Positions 10,601 through 23,784 are shown, counted from the stretch's first letter. The stretch: DNA of 64,000 bases from Macrostomum lignano (GCA_002269645.1 NIVC01000469.1:62001-126000), one strand, 5' to 3'. The notes: generated from the sequence alone by a model not told the origin. Made by a program: numbers and translations.

Positions 10601-12677
10601 ATGCAGTCTATAGTGGAGGTCAGCTGACCCCCTTGACATGCAGTCTATAGTGGAGGTCAGCTGACCCCCTTGACATGCAGTCTATAGTGGAGGGTCAGCT
10701 GACCCCCTTGACATGCAGTTTATATAAAGGTCCCCGACCCCAATTGACTCCCCTAGAGCTGGCTCTCCAAACCAACAAATCTATCACGTGACCAAACCGC
10801 CTGGCCCCCCAGGCGTTCCGGAGTACTGGAACTCCACCGAGTTCCTGGCCTGGCTGTACAATGACAGTCCAGTGCGCGACTCCGTGGTCACCAACGACAG
10901 GTGGGGCTTCGGCACCGCGTGCAAACACGGCGGCTACTTCACCTGCCAGGACGGTTACAACCCGGGCAAGCTGGTGTCCTACAAATTCGAGAACGCTATG
11001 ACCCTCATCAAAGGAAGCTGGGGCTACGTTAGAAATCTTCGATTAACCGATATTTATAGCTTAGACGAGATGCTAGAGACTGTTGTGAGCACGGTCAGCT
11101 ACGGTGGCAATGTCCTCATGAACATTGGCCCCACCTCGTACGGAGTGATCCCTGCGCTGCTGGAGGAGCGGCTGCTTCAACTGGGAGACTGGCTGTCAAT
11201 CAACGGAGAGGCTGTGTACAATAGTACACCTTGGCACCTAGTGCAGAGGGATGCCAATGCTACTCAGCTGGTAAGTTTCACAGATGGGAATATTATTCCC
11301 ACTGAGAACTTCCCAATAATTGATTATCAATTATTGAGAATTATCCCCATACTAATTATCCCCGTACTAAATTATCCCCATACTGAATTATCCCCCATAC
11401 TGAATTATCCCCCATACTGAATTATCCCCATACTGAATTATCCCCATACTGAATTATCCCCGTACTGGATTATCCCCCATACTGAATTATCCCCGTACTG
11501 GATTATCCCCCATACTGAATTATCCCCATACTGAATTATCCCCATACTGAATTATCCCCATACTGAATTATCCCCGTACTGGATTATCCCCCATACTGAA
11601 TTATCCCCGTACTGGATTATCCCCCATACTGAATTATCCCCATACTGAATTATCCCCATACTGAATTATCCCCGTACTGAATTATCCCCGTACTGAATTA
11701 TCCCCCATACTGAATTATCCCCATACTGAATTATCCCCCATACTGAATTATGCCCCATACTGAGTTATCCCCATACTGAATTATCCCCATACTGAATTAT
11801 GCCCATACTGAATTATCCCCATACTGAATTATCCCCATACTGGATTATCCCCCATACTGAATTATGCCCATACTGAATTATCCCCATACTGAATTATCCC
11901 CATACTGAATTATGCCCATACTGGATTATCCCCATACTGAATTATGCCCATACTGAATTATCCCCATACTGAATTATCCCCATACTGGATTATCCCCCAT
12001 ACTGAATTATGCCCCATACTGAGTTATACTGAGTTATCCCCATACTGAATTATCCCCATACTGAATTATCCCCATACTGAATTATCCCCATACTGGATTA
12101 TCCCCCATACTGAATTATGCCCATACTGAATTATCCCCATACTGAATTATCCCCATACTGAATTATGCCCATACTGGATTATCCCCATACTGAATTATGC
12201 CCATACTGAATTATCCCCATACTGAATTATCCCCATACTGAATTATCCCCCATACTGAATTATGCCCCATACTGAGTTATCCCCATACTGAATTATCCCC
12301 ATACTGAATCATGCCCATACTGAATTATCCCCGTACTGAATTATCCCCATACTGAATTATCCCCATACTGAATAATCCCCATAACCCCCCAGGTGTACTA
12401 CACCAGCCGGCCAGACCTTGGCTCAGTGTACGCCTTCCTGATGTCCGGCCCTCCAGCGCCTGGCGCCGGGCCCGTCCGCCTGGCGTCGCCCAAATTCGCC
12501 GCGCCAGGCGCCAACGCCACCCTGCTAGGCTGTCCGACGGCGGCTCCGCCTGTCCGGCTCGCCTACCGGCCGGGCGTGTCCGGAGTCTATCTGACTCTGC
12601 CCGGACAGGCCAATTGTCCGGATCTGCTGTCCGGACCCGGAGGACCTTGGGTTGTCAAAATCAATGGCCTGCTGTGA
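7689..12677 (+). CDS. FUCA: Alpha-L-fucosidase, GH29 (join 7689..8009, 9382..9754, 10813..11270, 12393..12677; 478 aa)
   Basis: Signal peptide; motifs [20 protein letters not shown] (catalytic nucleophile Asp), [21 protein letters not shown]. Intron phases 0/1/0 are consistent; total 1437 nt. Confidence 0.97.
8045..9100. repeat. ~19-20-bp purine-rich minisatellite (aaagacacaagatggtgaga) in FUCA intron 1
   Basis: Directly visible. Confidence 0.93.
9101..9398 (+). repeat. 121-bp tandem triplication spanning the FUCA intron 1/exon 2 junction
   Basis: caaacccag|gccgagctgttcaaccc occurs with AG ending at 9139, 9260 and 9381 (period 121). Confidence 0.95.
9985..10730. repeat. 37-bp minisatellite (atgcagtctatagtggaggtcagctgacccccttgac) in FUCA intron 2
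   Basis: About 20 copies; degenerate precursors from ~9790. Confidence 0.95.
11335..12385. repeat. 16/17-bp minisatellite (tgaattatccccatac) in FUCA intron 3
   Basis: Directly visible. Confidence 0.95.
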
Positions 12678-13317
12678 ATATCGATTCGCTTACTGCAGCC
12701 GATATGTATAGAAGTAAATATTTTGCTGTTTATGATAAGTGCAAGAGCAATAATTTGAGAACATTTTTGTCCTCTCTCTGGTTTAATTTTTGTCGATAAA
12801 AAATTAACTCGCATATTATGAGACCCTTCTGCATTCCTTTATTATTCCTTTCTATTCAGCTCCCCTCTTCAAAGAGCGCAGCTTTTAATTTGGGGGGGGG
12901 GGTGCCATCGTGGGAGCGCCAGCACCAAGTACCCTATCTGCCTACGATTTGTGTACGATAAAATTTTACAAAATAATATCATCGTTATATTTGCAATTTT
13001 AAATATCAAATTTTCTTTTACATTGGAAGGATGATTTGATAAGAAATTTTAAAATTACTTGCATTCTTTTTTTCTCGGTAGACATTTCGCATTTTTATCT
13101 GATTCTTATTCATGCTATAACTGACCTGAACTTTATTCTATCTGATATATTACTCTGATTTAAATATATTCTGCGAACCGCTGGGGTTGCGGTCTCGTCA
13201 CTTTCTACTAAAAGGTGTTTCGCTTTACTTCTTTCTGCTTCTTGCTTTTTATGTACGAGTATGATTATGATAGCTATTGAAGATTTGGTGGCTTAGGAGA
13301 CATTGCTGGCTTCACTC

Positions 13318-14400
13318 TCATCTCCTCTCCTCCTCTCCTCCCTCTCCTCTCCTCCCTCTCCTCTGCTCTCCTCCTCTCGTTTCCTCCCTCTCCTCTCCTC
13401 CTCTCGTTTCCTCCCTCTCCTCTCCTCTCCTCCTCTCGTTTCCTCCCTCTCCTCTCCTCCCTCTCCTCTCCTCCTCTCCTCTCTTCCTCTCTTCTCATCC
13501 CTCTCCTCTCCTCTCCTCTCCTCCTCTTCTCCTCCTCTCTTATCATCCCTCTCCTCCTCTCCTCTCCTCTCCTCTCGTCTCCTCTCGTCCCCTCTCCTCT
13601 CCTCTCGTCTCCTCTCCTCTCCTCCCTCTCCTCTCCTCCCTCTCCTCTCCTCCCTCTCCTCTCCTCCCTCTCCTCTCCTCCCTCTCCTCTCCTCCCTCTC
13701 CTCTCCTCCTCTCCTCTCTTCCTCTCTTCTCATCCCTCTCCTCTCCTCTCCTCTCCTCCTCTCCTCTCTTCCTCTCTTCTCATCCCTCTCCTCTCCTCTC
13801 CTCTCCTCCTCTTCTCCTCCTCTCTTATCATCCCTCTCCTCCTCTCCTCTCCTCTCCTCTCCTCTCCTCTCGTCTCCTCTCGTCCCCTCTCCTCTCCTCT
13901 CGTCTCCTCTCGTCCCCTCTCCTCTCCTCTCCTCCCTCTCCTCTCCTCCCTCTCCTCTCCTCCCTCTCCTCTCCTCCCTCTCCTCTCCTCCCTCTCCTCT
14001 CCTCCCTCTCCTCTCCTCGTCTCCTCTCCTCCTCTCCTCTCCTCTCCTTCCTCTCCTCTCAGTCTCCTCTCCTTTCCTCCCTCTCCTCTCCTCCCTCTCC
14101 TCTCCTCTCCTCTCGTTCCTCTCCTCTCAGTCTCCTCTCCTTTCCTCCCTCTCCTCTCCTCCCTCTCCTCTCCTCTCCTCTCGTTCCTCTCCTCTCAGTC
14201 TCCTCTCCTTTCCTCCCTCTCCTCTCCTCCCTCTCCTCTCCTCTCCTCCCTCTCCTCTCCTCTCCTCCCTCTCCTCTCCTCTCCTCCGCTCCCTCTCCTC
14301 TCCTCTCTCTCTCCTCTCCTCTCCTCTCTCTCTCATCTCCTTCCTCTCCTCTCCTTCCTCTACTTCTCTTCCTTTATCATCTCATCTCCGATCTCCTTTT
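13318..14400. repeat. (TCCTC)n-type pyrimidine low-complexity repeat
   Basis: Almost purely C/T. Confidence 0.97.
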
Positions 14401-14548
14401 TCTCATCTCATCGCTTTTGTTTACACTTACTGTGCTCTTTTGTGCTCCACCTCTAGTATACTACCCATAGTCTGTTCCCCGCTCCCCTCTCCTCCGCTAG
14501 CTCCGCTGAAGCAGGCCCAGTCGCAATCGCACAGCTCCGGCCTGCAGC

Positions 14549-15262
14549 ATGATTGTAAGGCCGCTATTCGACTATCAGTTCCGCGTGATAGTGATCGGCA
14601 ACACCATGGTCGGCAAGTCCTCGCTAGTTCGCCACTTTGTCGAGGACGGCGCCCCGCAGCAGCTGTCCTGCGAGCCAACAGTTGGCGTCGACTTTTTCGC
14701 TCGCACCGTCCAATTGTCTGACGGCCGCCGGGTGAAGCTGACCCTGTGGGACACCGCCGGCCAGGAGAAGTTCCGCTCCATCACCCGGTCCTACTATCGC
14801 AACGCTGTCGCCGCTCTCATCGTCTTCGACGTCGGCTGTCGGGCCAGCTTTGAGGCCGTGCCGGCCTGGCACGCCGAAGCCAGACGGTGCATGGCTAGCG
14901 AGCACGCCTGCTGCCTGCTAGTCGGTCAGAAGGCCGATCTGCCGCCCGCGCTACGCCGGGTTGGAGCAGACGAAGCTGCCTACATGGCCGCCCAGCTGGG
15001 CGTGCCCTATATGGAGACTTCCGCGGTCAGCGGCTTGAATATTGACGCTACGTTTTGTCATTTGGCTCAGCTGGTGTACAGCCAGTTCGCTGCCGGCAGT
15101 TACGATGGCAAGCTGGGTCGCGGAGGCGGCGGTGTCGGGAACGGAAACGGCGCCGACTGGGACGGGATTCGAGTCGGCTACGCTCCCTACGGCACTTTTG
15201 CCGACTCGGCCTTCCGGATCGGCGACGATTCTAATGGGAAAGGAAATGGAGGCTGTTGCTAG
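14549..15262 (+). CDS. Rab39: Rab39-like small GTPase, intronless (237 aa)
   Basis: YQFRVIVIG, PTVGVDFF, LWDTAGQEKFRSITRSYYRN, the Rab39-type WDGIRVGY tail (cf. WEGVKSGF), and a C-terminal CC. Confidence 0.85.
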   Translation: MIVRPLFDYQFRVIVIGNTMVGKSSLVRHFVEDGAPQQLSCEPTVGVDFFARTVQLSDGRRVKLTLWDTAGQEKFRSITRSYYRNAVAALIVFDVGCRASFEAVPAWHAEARRCMASEHACCLLVGQKADLPPALRRVGADEAAYMAAQLGVPYMETSAVSGLNIDATFCHLAQLVYSQFAAGSYDGKLGRGGGGVGNGNGADWDGIRVGYAPYGTFADSAFRIGDDSNGKGNGGCC

Positions 15263-15370
15263 GGCCAGTGAGGACTGTTGCTAGGGCCAGTGAGGACTGT
15301 TGCTAGGGCCAGTGAGAACTGTTGCTAGGGCCAGTGAGAACTGTTGCTAGGGCCAGTGAGAACTGTTGTA
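15252..15370. repeat. 22-bp tandem repeat containing the Rab39 CC-stop codons (ctgttgctagggccagtgagga)
   Basis: Five full copies plus a partial one, beginning inside the CDS end. Confidence 0.9.
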
Positions 15371-15382
15371 AGGGTTTGATGG

Positions 15383-15547
15383 TAATAATAATAATAGTAA
15401 TAATTGATTACACCTGCCCTAAAGGCCAAATGTGCAACCGACAGCTCAGCCGCAGCTATGGCGCGGCGCATCTGAAGGCTGCGTACGGCTGTTCTGTCTA
15501 AGGACTGGGGGGGGGGTCGCCACACACCCTCAATTACCCCAGCTAAT
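15383..15547 (-). mobile_element. 5'-truncated copy of the CORE-SINE at 42517-42815
   Basis: About 145 bp nearly identical to 42531-42671, with a (TAA)n tail on + (= (ATT)n 3' tail on -). Confidence 0.85.
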
Positions 15548-16122
15548 AATCGCACAGGCCATTGCTAAGGCAGCGGAGGTTGTTGCTATGGTCGCAAAGG
15601 TTGTTGCTATGGTTGCTAAGACCGTTGCTAAGCAGCGGAGGTTGTTGCAAGGGTAGCAGAAGCGGAAGGGCTATGAGTATGATTGCTGAGATCAATAGTT
15701 GATAATTGACTCTAGAGATTATTACTAAAATTAATGAAAACGGCCGCCTCAGCTTAAAGCAATGAGTACATGTAAGATTACTGCGGTAAATGAAACATGG
15801 TTGCTAAGATAGCTGAAGCTGTTGCCAATGTCAATGAGTGTTTGTATTAATGAGCAATCGTTGCTAGTGTACGAGTAATGGAACGAACGTGTTGCTAACG
15901 TTAGAAAGGCCGGTCCTCCTCCTCTGTGATTGAGAAAACAGCACTAGGCGTTTAGAAAGTACATAAATGAACGCGCAGTTTTTCAACACATTTGACTTTC
16001 TTGCCTTCTTTTTTGTTTTCAATCTGCACTGTAATTATTTTGTTTTTTATTTGCAGAAAGCTTATTGTATAGAAAACATACTACATTTTTCTATTTTATG
16101 TTATTGGTTTGTCTTACTGTCC

Positions 16123-17340
<1,218 letters not shown>

Positions 17341-17849
17341 GATCATCTCATTGTCCGAATTGGTAACTGGCCACTGTATTATAAGTCATGGATAATAATT
17401 AATAGAGGTTCTGTTTGCATGAATATCTTAATTATGTGCTAGCTTAATTTGATTGTCCGGTTCAAGGCCACACATTTTTTCTGATGCTAGATATTATATT
17501 TTGTATCCTGTCTATAATTTCCTAATTTCCTTAGTTAGTATTCCCTGAATCTGTATTTTTCTTAACTAATTTTCCTGCATAATAAATGATTATTGTTCTT
17601 AGATCAATTATTGTCAAAGTCCTTCAAGCTTCACACTGATCAGTCATCTTCCATTTTTATAGTTTCTGTTTTGTCATTTTTGTGATTTATGAACAAGTTT
17701 TCTGGTTTTTTAGATTTTTGTGACTTTCTTTCATTTAAGAGCAAGTTTTTTGTTTACATTTATGCTATTAAGTTTTGTTCCTAACACCAATTTTTACACT
17801 CCTGAATATTTAAAAACAGGAGTTTTTAAATATTCAGGAGTATTGTGCA

Positions 17850-18250
17850 GCCTGACACAAATCTGCACACTCCTGACACAAATCTACACACACCTGACAC
17901 AAATTTACACTTGTCTGACAAATCTACACACACTTGACAAAAATCTACACACTCCTGACACAAATTTACACTTGTCTGACAAATCTACACACACTTGACA
18001 AAAATCTACACACTCCTGACACAAATTTACACTTGTCTGACAAATCTACACACACTTGACAAAAATCTACACACTCCTGACACAAATTTACACTTGTCTG
18101 ACAAATCTACACACACTTGACAAAAATCTACACACGCCTAACACAAATCTACACACGCCTGACACAAATCTACATACGCCTGACACAAATCTACACACGC
18201 CTGACACAAATCCACACTCCTGACACAAATCTGCACACTCCTGACACAAA
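17850..18250. repeat. ~21-bp minisatellite (cctgacacaaatctacacac) with a 61-bp higher-order unit
   Basis: Lines 17941-18120 repeat with a 61-bp period. Confidence 0.9.
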
Positions 18251-18714
18251 TTCGAGCGCCAGCATTCTAAGTTTGCTTTCAAATTTTATCGAAAAGCTGT
18301 TTGTTTTTACAATTTTGTTTCAAAGTCCTGATTTCCTTGCAAACGGTACTGGTTCTCATACTGTCTTATTGGTGTGATGCGGTGTATTGATATTCAACTT
18401 GTGTCATTTGTGTCAGTCAATTTCTAACCAGATATTCTTTTTTAACGCTTCGCTTTTTTGTGTCAATAGTTTTGCTAATTAAAACTTTTATTTAGAGAAA
18501 AAAATAATTTAGTCGATTTCATCACTTCCAATTGTGCGCCATCGTGTATTGTTTTGTTGTTGTTTAGGCGATCAAAATTTATGTTAAAATGTTTCCTGAA
18601 AATAGTATCAAATTTTTTATGAGCCGCTTATCAAATGATGCCAGGTTTTCCTAACTGTTTCTAAACTGAAATACATGTGACATTTGTGCTTGTTCTTTAC
18701 TCTGCACTACTTCT

Positions 18715-19020
18715 TGTATGTATGAATATATAAGTATTCCCAGGAGGGCTCAGGGGACCCTGGCGTGACGCCTTTGTCGACATCGTCCTGAGCACATACA
18801 AGCTCGCCAATACTGTACGCAGGCACTCACTCACACACGCTCACACAGAGTATACACAGCGGCCCTGACTTACTAATCGTCAGGCATGTACACTCTGTGT
18901 CTTAGAGGTTGTCCTTGTACATTGTGGGCGTGAATCGAATGTGTTTGCGCACGGAATCGAACCAGGGGTCATGGTGCGAGATTCGCAGACGCGTTTACCG
19001 CTTCCAGGGTTTTAGCTCTT
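18715..19020 (-). mobile_element. Putative tRNA-derived SINE (second family)
   Basis: Minus strand has a B box GGTTCGATTCC (18953-18963), an imperfect A box (~18994-19006) and an (ATAC)-like 3' tail at ~18715-18725. Confidence 0.45.
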
Positions 19021-19167
19021 CCCAACAGGAAGTGCCCCCCGCCCCAAAGTTGATATTCAAATCCTCAATCAATGATACTCAGCACTGCATGCATTTCTCA
19101 TAAGTTTTACTGAACATCCCTAATCTCCCAATCCCATGCTCCAGACCGCCACAGCCGCCCGGCCGCA

Positions 19168-22100
19168 ATGACCAAGACCGGCACCGGCAGCGCCAGGAAG
19201 TGGCAGCGGCGCCAACTCCGCGAAGGCATCGCCCAGGACGAGGCGGAGATCCGACGCTACTCCCGCCTGCTGAAGCTCAACAAGCGCCGGAAATCGCAGG
19301 CCCGCCTTCCGAAAGTGTTCAAAGACACCGGCCTGGACTACCTGCTGGATATTGTAGGCGGCGACAGCGACAAAGAAGACGGCGACGACAACGATCTTCG
19401 GGATAAAAATCCCTTCGACGAGGCCAGGGTGGCCGAGATCGTCAGGGAGTGTCCGGAGAGCGCCGAGTACTACAGCCAGCTGCGCGCCGCCTCGGAGGCA
19501 GCAAAAACCAAGCAACAAATGAAGAAGACAAAGAAAGCCAAGAGACGGCGGATCAGTTCTGTTGGAGCAGAAGCAGAAGAGGATAGTGTAGAACAAAAGG
19601 AAGAGGAGCAGGTGGCCGAGCCGGCGCCAAAGAAGCCCGACCTGTACGGCCGTGACTTGGCCACCAGCGGTGTCAAGCCGTCGACAAGCGCTGAGCAGCT
19701 GGTGGACTCCGTGGAGTCCGAGGAGCTGCTGAACCAGCTGCGCAGGCGGATGCGCGGCCTGGTTAACCGGGTCAGCGAGAGGGTGCTAGCTCGGGTCTCG
19801 GCCGAGCTGGAATCTGTCTACTTGTCCAGTCCGCGAGCTCCGGCCACTCGGACACTGTCCGAACTGGTGTTAGATGTGGCGGCCAATTCGGGCGAGCCCA
19901 TGTCTGATCGGATGCTTGTTGATCAGGCTTCCCTGGTGGCAATCGTGTGCGCCAACGTCACCGGCTGCGAGCTGGGGGCGCACCTGGCCGAGGCGCTGGC
20001 GATGCGGCTGGGAACTGATGCGGAGGTTGGTTAGGGAAGATGGGATCTCACAGTATCTGAGATAGAGGACAGGGAGATGAAATCTCACAGTGTCGCAGAT
20101 GAGATGAGAGGGAGGGATCTCTAAGTGCCGCAGATGAAATGGAGGGTGGTATCTCACAAAGTCGGAGATGAGATGGAGGGTGGTATCTCACAGTGTCAGA
20201 GATGAGATGGAGGGTGGTATCTCGCAGTGTCAGAGATGAGAGAGAGGGTGGTATCTCACAGTGTCGGAGATGAGAGGGTGGTACCTCACAGTGTCAGAGA
20301 TGCAGAGATGAGAGGGAGGGTGGTATCTCGCAGTGTCAGAGATGAGAGGGAGGATGGTATCTCACAGTGTCCGAGATGAGATGGAGGGTGGTATCTCACA
20401 AAGTCGGAGATGAGAGGGAGGGTGGTATCTCACAGTGTCAGAGATGAGATGGAGGGTGGTATCTCACAGTGTCGGAGATGAGAGGGAGGGTGGTATCTCA
20501 CAGTGTCGGAGATGAGAGGGTGGTACCTCACAGTGTCAGAGATGCAGAGATGAGAGGGAGGGTGGTATCTCGCAGTGTCAGAGATGAGAGGGAGGGTGGT
20601 ATCTCACAGTGTCCGAGATGAGATGGAGGGTGGTATCTCACAAAGTCGGAGATGAGAGGGAGGGTGGTATCTCACAGTGTCAGAGATGAGAGGGAGGGTG
20701 GTATCTCACAGTGTCGGAGATGAGAGGGAGGGTGGTATCTCACAGTGTCGGAGATGAGAGGGTGGTACCTCACAGTGTCAGAGATGCAGAGATGAGAGGG
20801 AGGGTGGTATCTCGCAGTGTCAGAGATGAGAGGGAGGGTGGTATCTCGCAGTGTCGGAGATGAGAGGGAGGGTGGTATCTCACAGTGTCGGAGATGAGAG
20901 GGTGGTACCTCACAGTGTCAGAGATGCAGAGATGAGAGGGAGGGTGGTATCTCGCAGTGTCAGAGATGAGAGGGAGGGTGGTATCTCACAGTGTCCGAGA
21001 TGAGATGGAGGGTGGTATCTCACAAAGTCGATGAGAGGGAGGGTGGTATCTCACAGTGTCAGAGATGAGATGGAGGGTGGTATCTCACAGTGTCGGAGAT
21101 GAGAGGGTGGTACCTCACAGTGTCAGAGATGCAGAGATGAGAGGGAGGGTGGTATCTCGCAGTGTCAGAGATGAGAGGGAGGGTGGTATCTCGCAGTGTC
21201 AGAGATGAGAGGGAGGGTGGGATCTCACAGTGTCAGAGATGAGAGAGAGGGTGGTATCTCAGTGTCAGAGATGAGAGGGAGGGTGGTATCTCACAGTGTC
21301 CGAGATGAGAGGGAGGGTGGTATCTCACAGTGTCCGAGATGAGAGGGAGGGTGGTATCTTACAGTGTCCGAGATGAGAGGGAGGGTGGTATCTCACAGTG
21401 TCCGAGATGAGAGGGAGGGTGGTATCTCACAGTGTCCGAGATGAGAGGGAGGGTGGTATCTCACAGTGTCCGAGATGAGAGGGAGGGTAGTATCTTACAG
21501 TTTCAGAGATGAGATGGAGGGTGAGATCTCACTGTCAGAGATGAGATGAAGGGTGAGATCAGACAGTGTCGGAGATGAGATGGAGGGTGGTATCTCGCAG
21601 TGTCGCAGATGAAATGTGGGTGGGATCTTACGCATCGAGTCTCCGTAAAAGCCCCGGCACACATTTAATTCTTCTTCTAGTCGCTGTCACGCGGCCTGGA
21701 GACGGGCGGCAAGGCCAGCCACAACCTGCTGCTGCTGGCCATGTTCCTCTGCTGGCTTGGCGTCATCTCCGGCCGCCTGCCCTTCGACCTGCTGCAGCTG
21801 CTGGCGGACCTGGCCACGGAGCCGGCCTTGGACGCTCTTGTCCTCTGCCTGCGGCACGCCGGACTGCAGCTTCGGCGTCTCGACGGCGCCAGAATGCGCG
21901 GCCTGCTGGACGGCCTGCAGCAGCGGGCAGAACGCGACGGCCTGGCTGAGCAGCTCGGCGGCGAGGCGTCGCGGGGTCGCTTCCTGTTAGAGCTGCTGCA
22001 GGCGGTGCGAAATAATAATTATAGGAAGATTCCCGGCTACGACTGCGAGTATGTGGAGCGGGCGAGGAAGGCTGTGCGGCAGCTGGCCAGGTAAACTGGG

Positions 22101-23504
22101 CAGGTCCAGGTGCTGGGATTGTGACCAGCTGCTGGGAGTGTGACCAGGTGCTGGGAGTGTGACCAGGTGTTGGGATTGTGACCAGGTGCTGGGATTGTGA
22201 CCAGGTGCTGGGAGTGTGACCAGGTGCTATGAGTGTGACCAGGTGCTGGGAGTGTGACCAGGTGCTATGAGTGTGACCAGGTGCTGGGAGTGTGACCAGG
22301 TGCTGGGATTGTGACCAGGTGCTGGGATTGTGACCAGGTGCTGGGATTGTGACCAGGTGCTGGGATTGTGACCAGGTGCTGGGAGTGTGACCAGGTGCTA
22401 TGAGTGTGACCAGGTGCTGGGAGTGTGACCAGGTGCTGGGAGTGTGACCAGGTGTTATGAGTGTGACCAGGTGCTGGGATTGTGACCATGTGTTATGAGT
22501 GTGACCAGGTGCTGGGAGTGTGACCAGGTGCTGGGAGTGTGACCAGGTGTTATGAGTGTGACCAGGTTTTTGGAGTGTGACCAGGTGCTCATCAGAGGGT
22601 TACTGAGCCCTATCTACCTATTCCGCTTTCGCCTCCCTCACTGCTGCTCAGGTCGGAGGCCACCCCGGTTGAGTTCGGTCTCGCCGACGTTCGCGAGGCC
22701 TCAACCAAAGGCCGCTGGTGGCTGGTCGGCGCCGCCTACACCCCGCAGGCGCCTGATTTGCCGGCACCAACCGTCCAAACCGCCGCCGCCGCAACGCCGT
22801 CCGCCATCGGCAACCAGAGCCAGCAGCGGCACCTGGACTCCATGGCCGCCCGGCTTGGCCTGAAGACGCCGCAGCGGCGCGCCATCTTCGCCGCACTGGT
22901 TGGCGCCGCCGACGCCGACGACGCCGCTGCCCGACTGCTCCACCTGATGTCCACCGCTGCCGGCGCCACCGCCGCCGCTGACGTGGCCAGCATCGCCTTG
23001 AAATGCGCGACTCGAGAGTCGGCCAGCTACAATCCGTTTTATGCCGCCGCGCTGCTGCGTGTCCGGCGCGGTAGCCGGCGCTTTGCCATGCCGCTGCGCT
23101 GCGCCATCTGGGACCAGCTGGCCGCTCTTGGCGACACCCGGCAGGACCGGGCGGCCCGCCTGGGCGACCTCATCGCCGACCTCCTGCTGGCCGGCGCCCT
23201 CCCGCCAGCCGCCGTCATGTCGCGCTTTCCGTTCGAACTCGTTCCCGGCGCCGGAAGTAAACCCGGAAGTAAATCCGGAACAGCTTCCGGTGGTAGCTCG
23301 GCCGCCGTCTGTTTGATTTCGTTTGCCGCCGCTTTGAAGCGTCGGGCCGCCGATTCGCCGGAACTTCCGGCTCTGCTCACGGGCCTAGCCGGCGATGCGG
23401 AAGTGGCCCGGTGCCTGGCCGCCGGACTGGTGGTGGCGGGGCGGCAGCTGAACTGCCCGGAGGCCGACTGGCTGCTTCAGCGGCTGCGCTCGCTTGCTAG
23501 CTAA
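19168..23504 (+). CDS. NOM1: Nucleolar MIF4G domain-containing protein 1 (NOM1/Sgd1) (join 19168..20025, 21681..22090, 22652..23504; 706 aa)
   Basis: Motifs EAEIRRYSRLLKLNKR, GLDYLL, RGLVNRVSE (MIF4G), NNNYRKIPGYD, GRWWLVGAAY, YNPFYA (MA3). Phases 0/2 are consistent; total 2121 nt. Confidence 0.93.
20040..21610. repeat. ~34-bp G-rich minisatellite (gagggagggtggtatctcacagtgtcagagatga) in NOM1 intron 1
   Basis: Directly visible; each unit has an atctc...gagat mini-stem. Confidence 0.95.
22105..22590. repeat. 19-bp minisatellite (gtgaccaggtgctgggagt) in NOM1 intron 2
   Basis: About 25 copies. Confidence 0.95.
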
Positions 23505-23784
23505 TAAATTACTGCTACTTAAAGTAGACTTGATAATCGTTTTGTTTGAATTTTTTATTTGCATTTTCAAATTCGGCGATATTTTCGATAACGCTACTGA
23601 ACAGTAGTAGTATGATTGTGCGTTAAGTACTAAATACATGTGCATGCGTGCGTACTGCTTTGGCCAGTCGTTCTCGAGACGTTGGAAAATCTCATGGCTT
23701 GTCGACCTGATTATTTGTAGTTTTTTATTATTCTTATGGTTAATGTTAAATTAACCATAAGAATAATAATGAACTTGTGATTAA

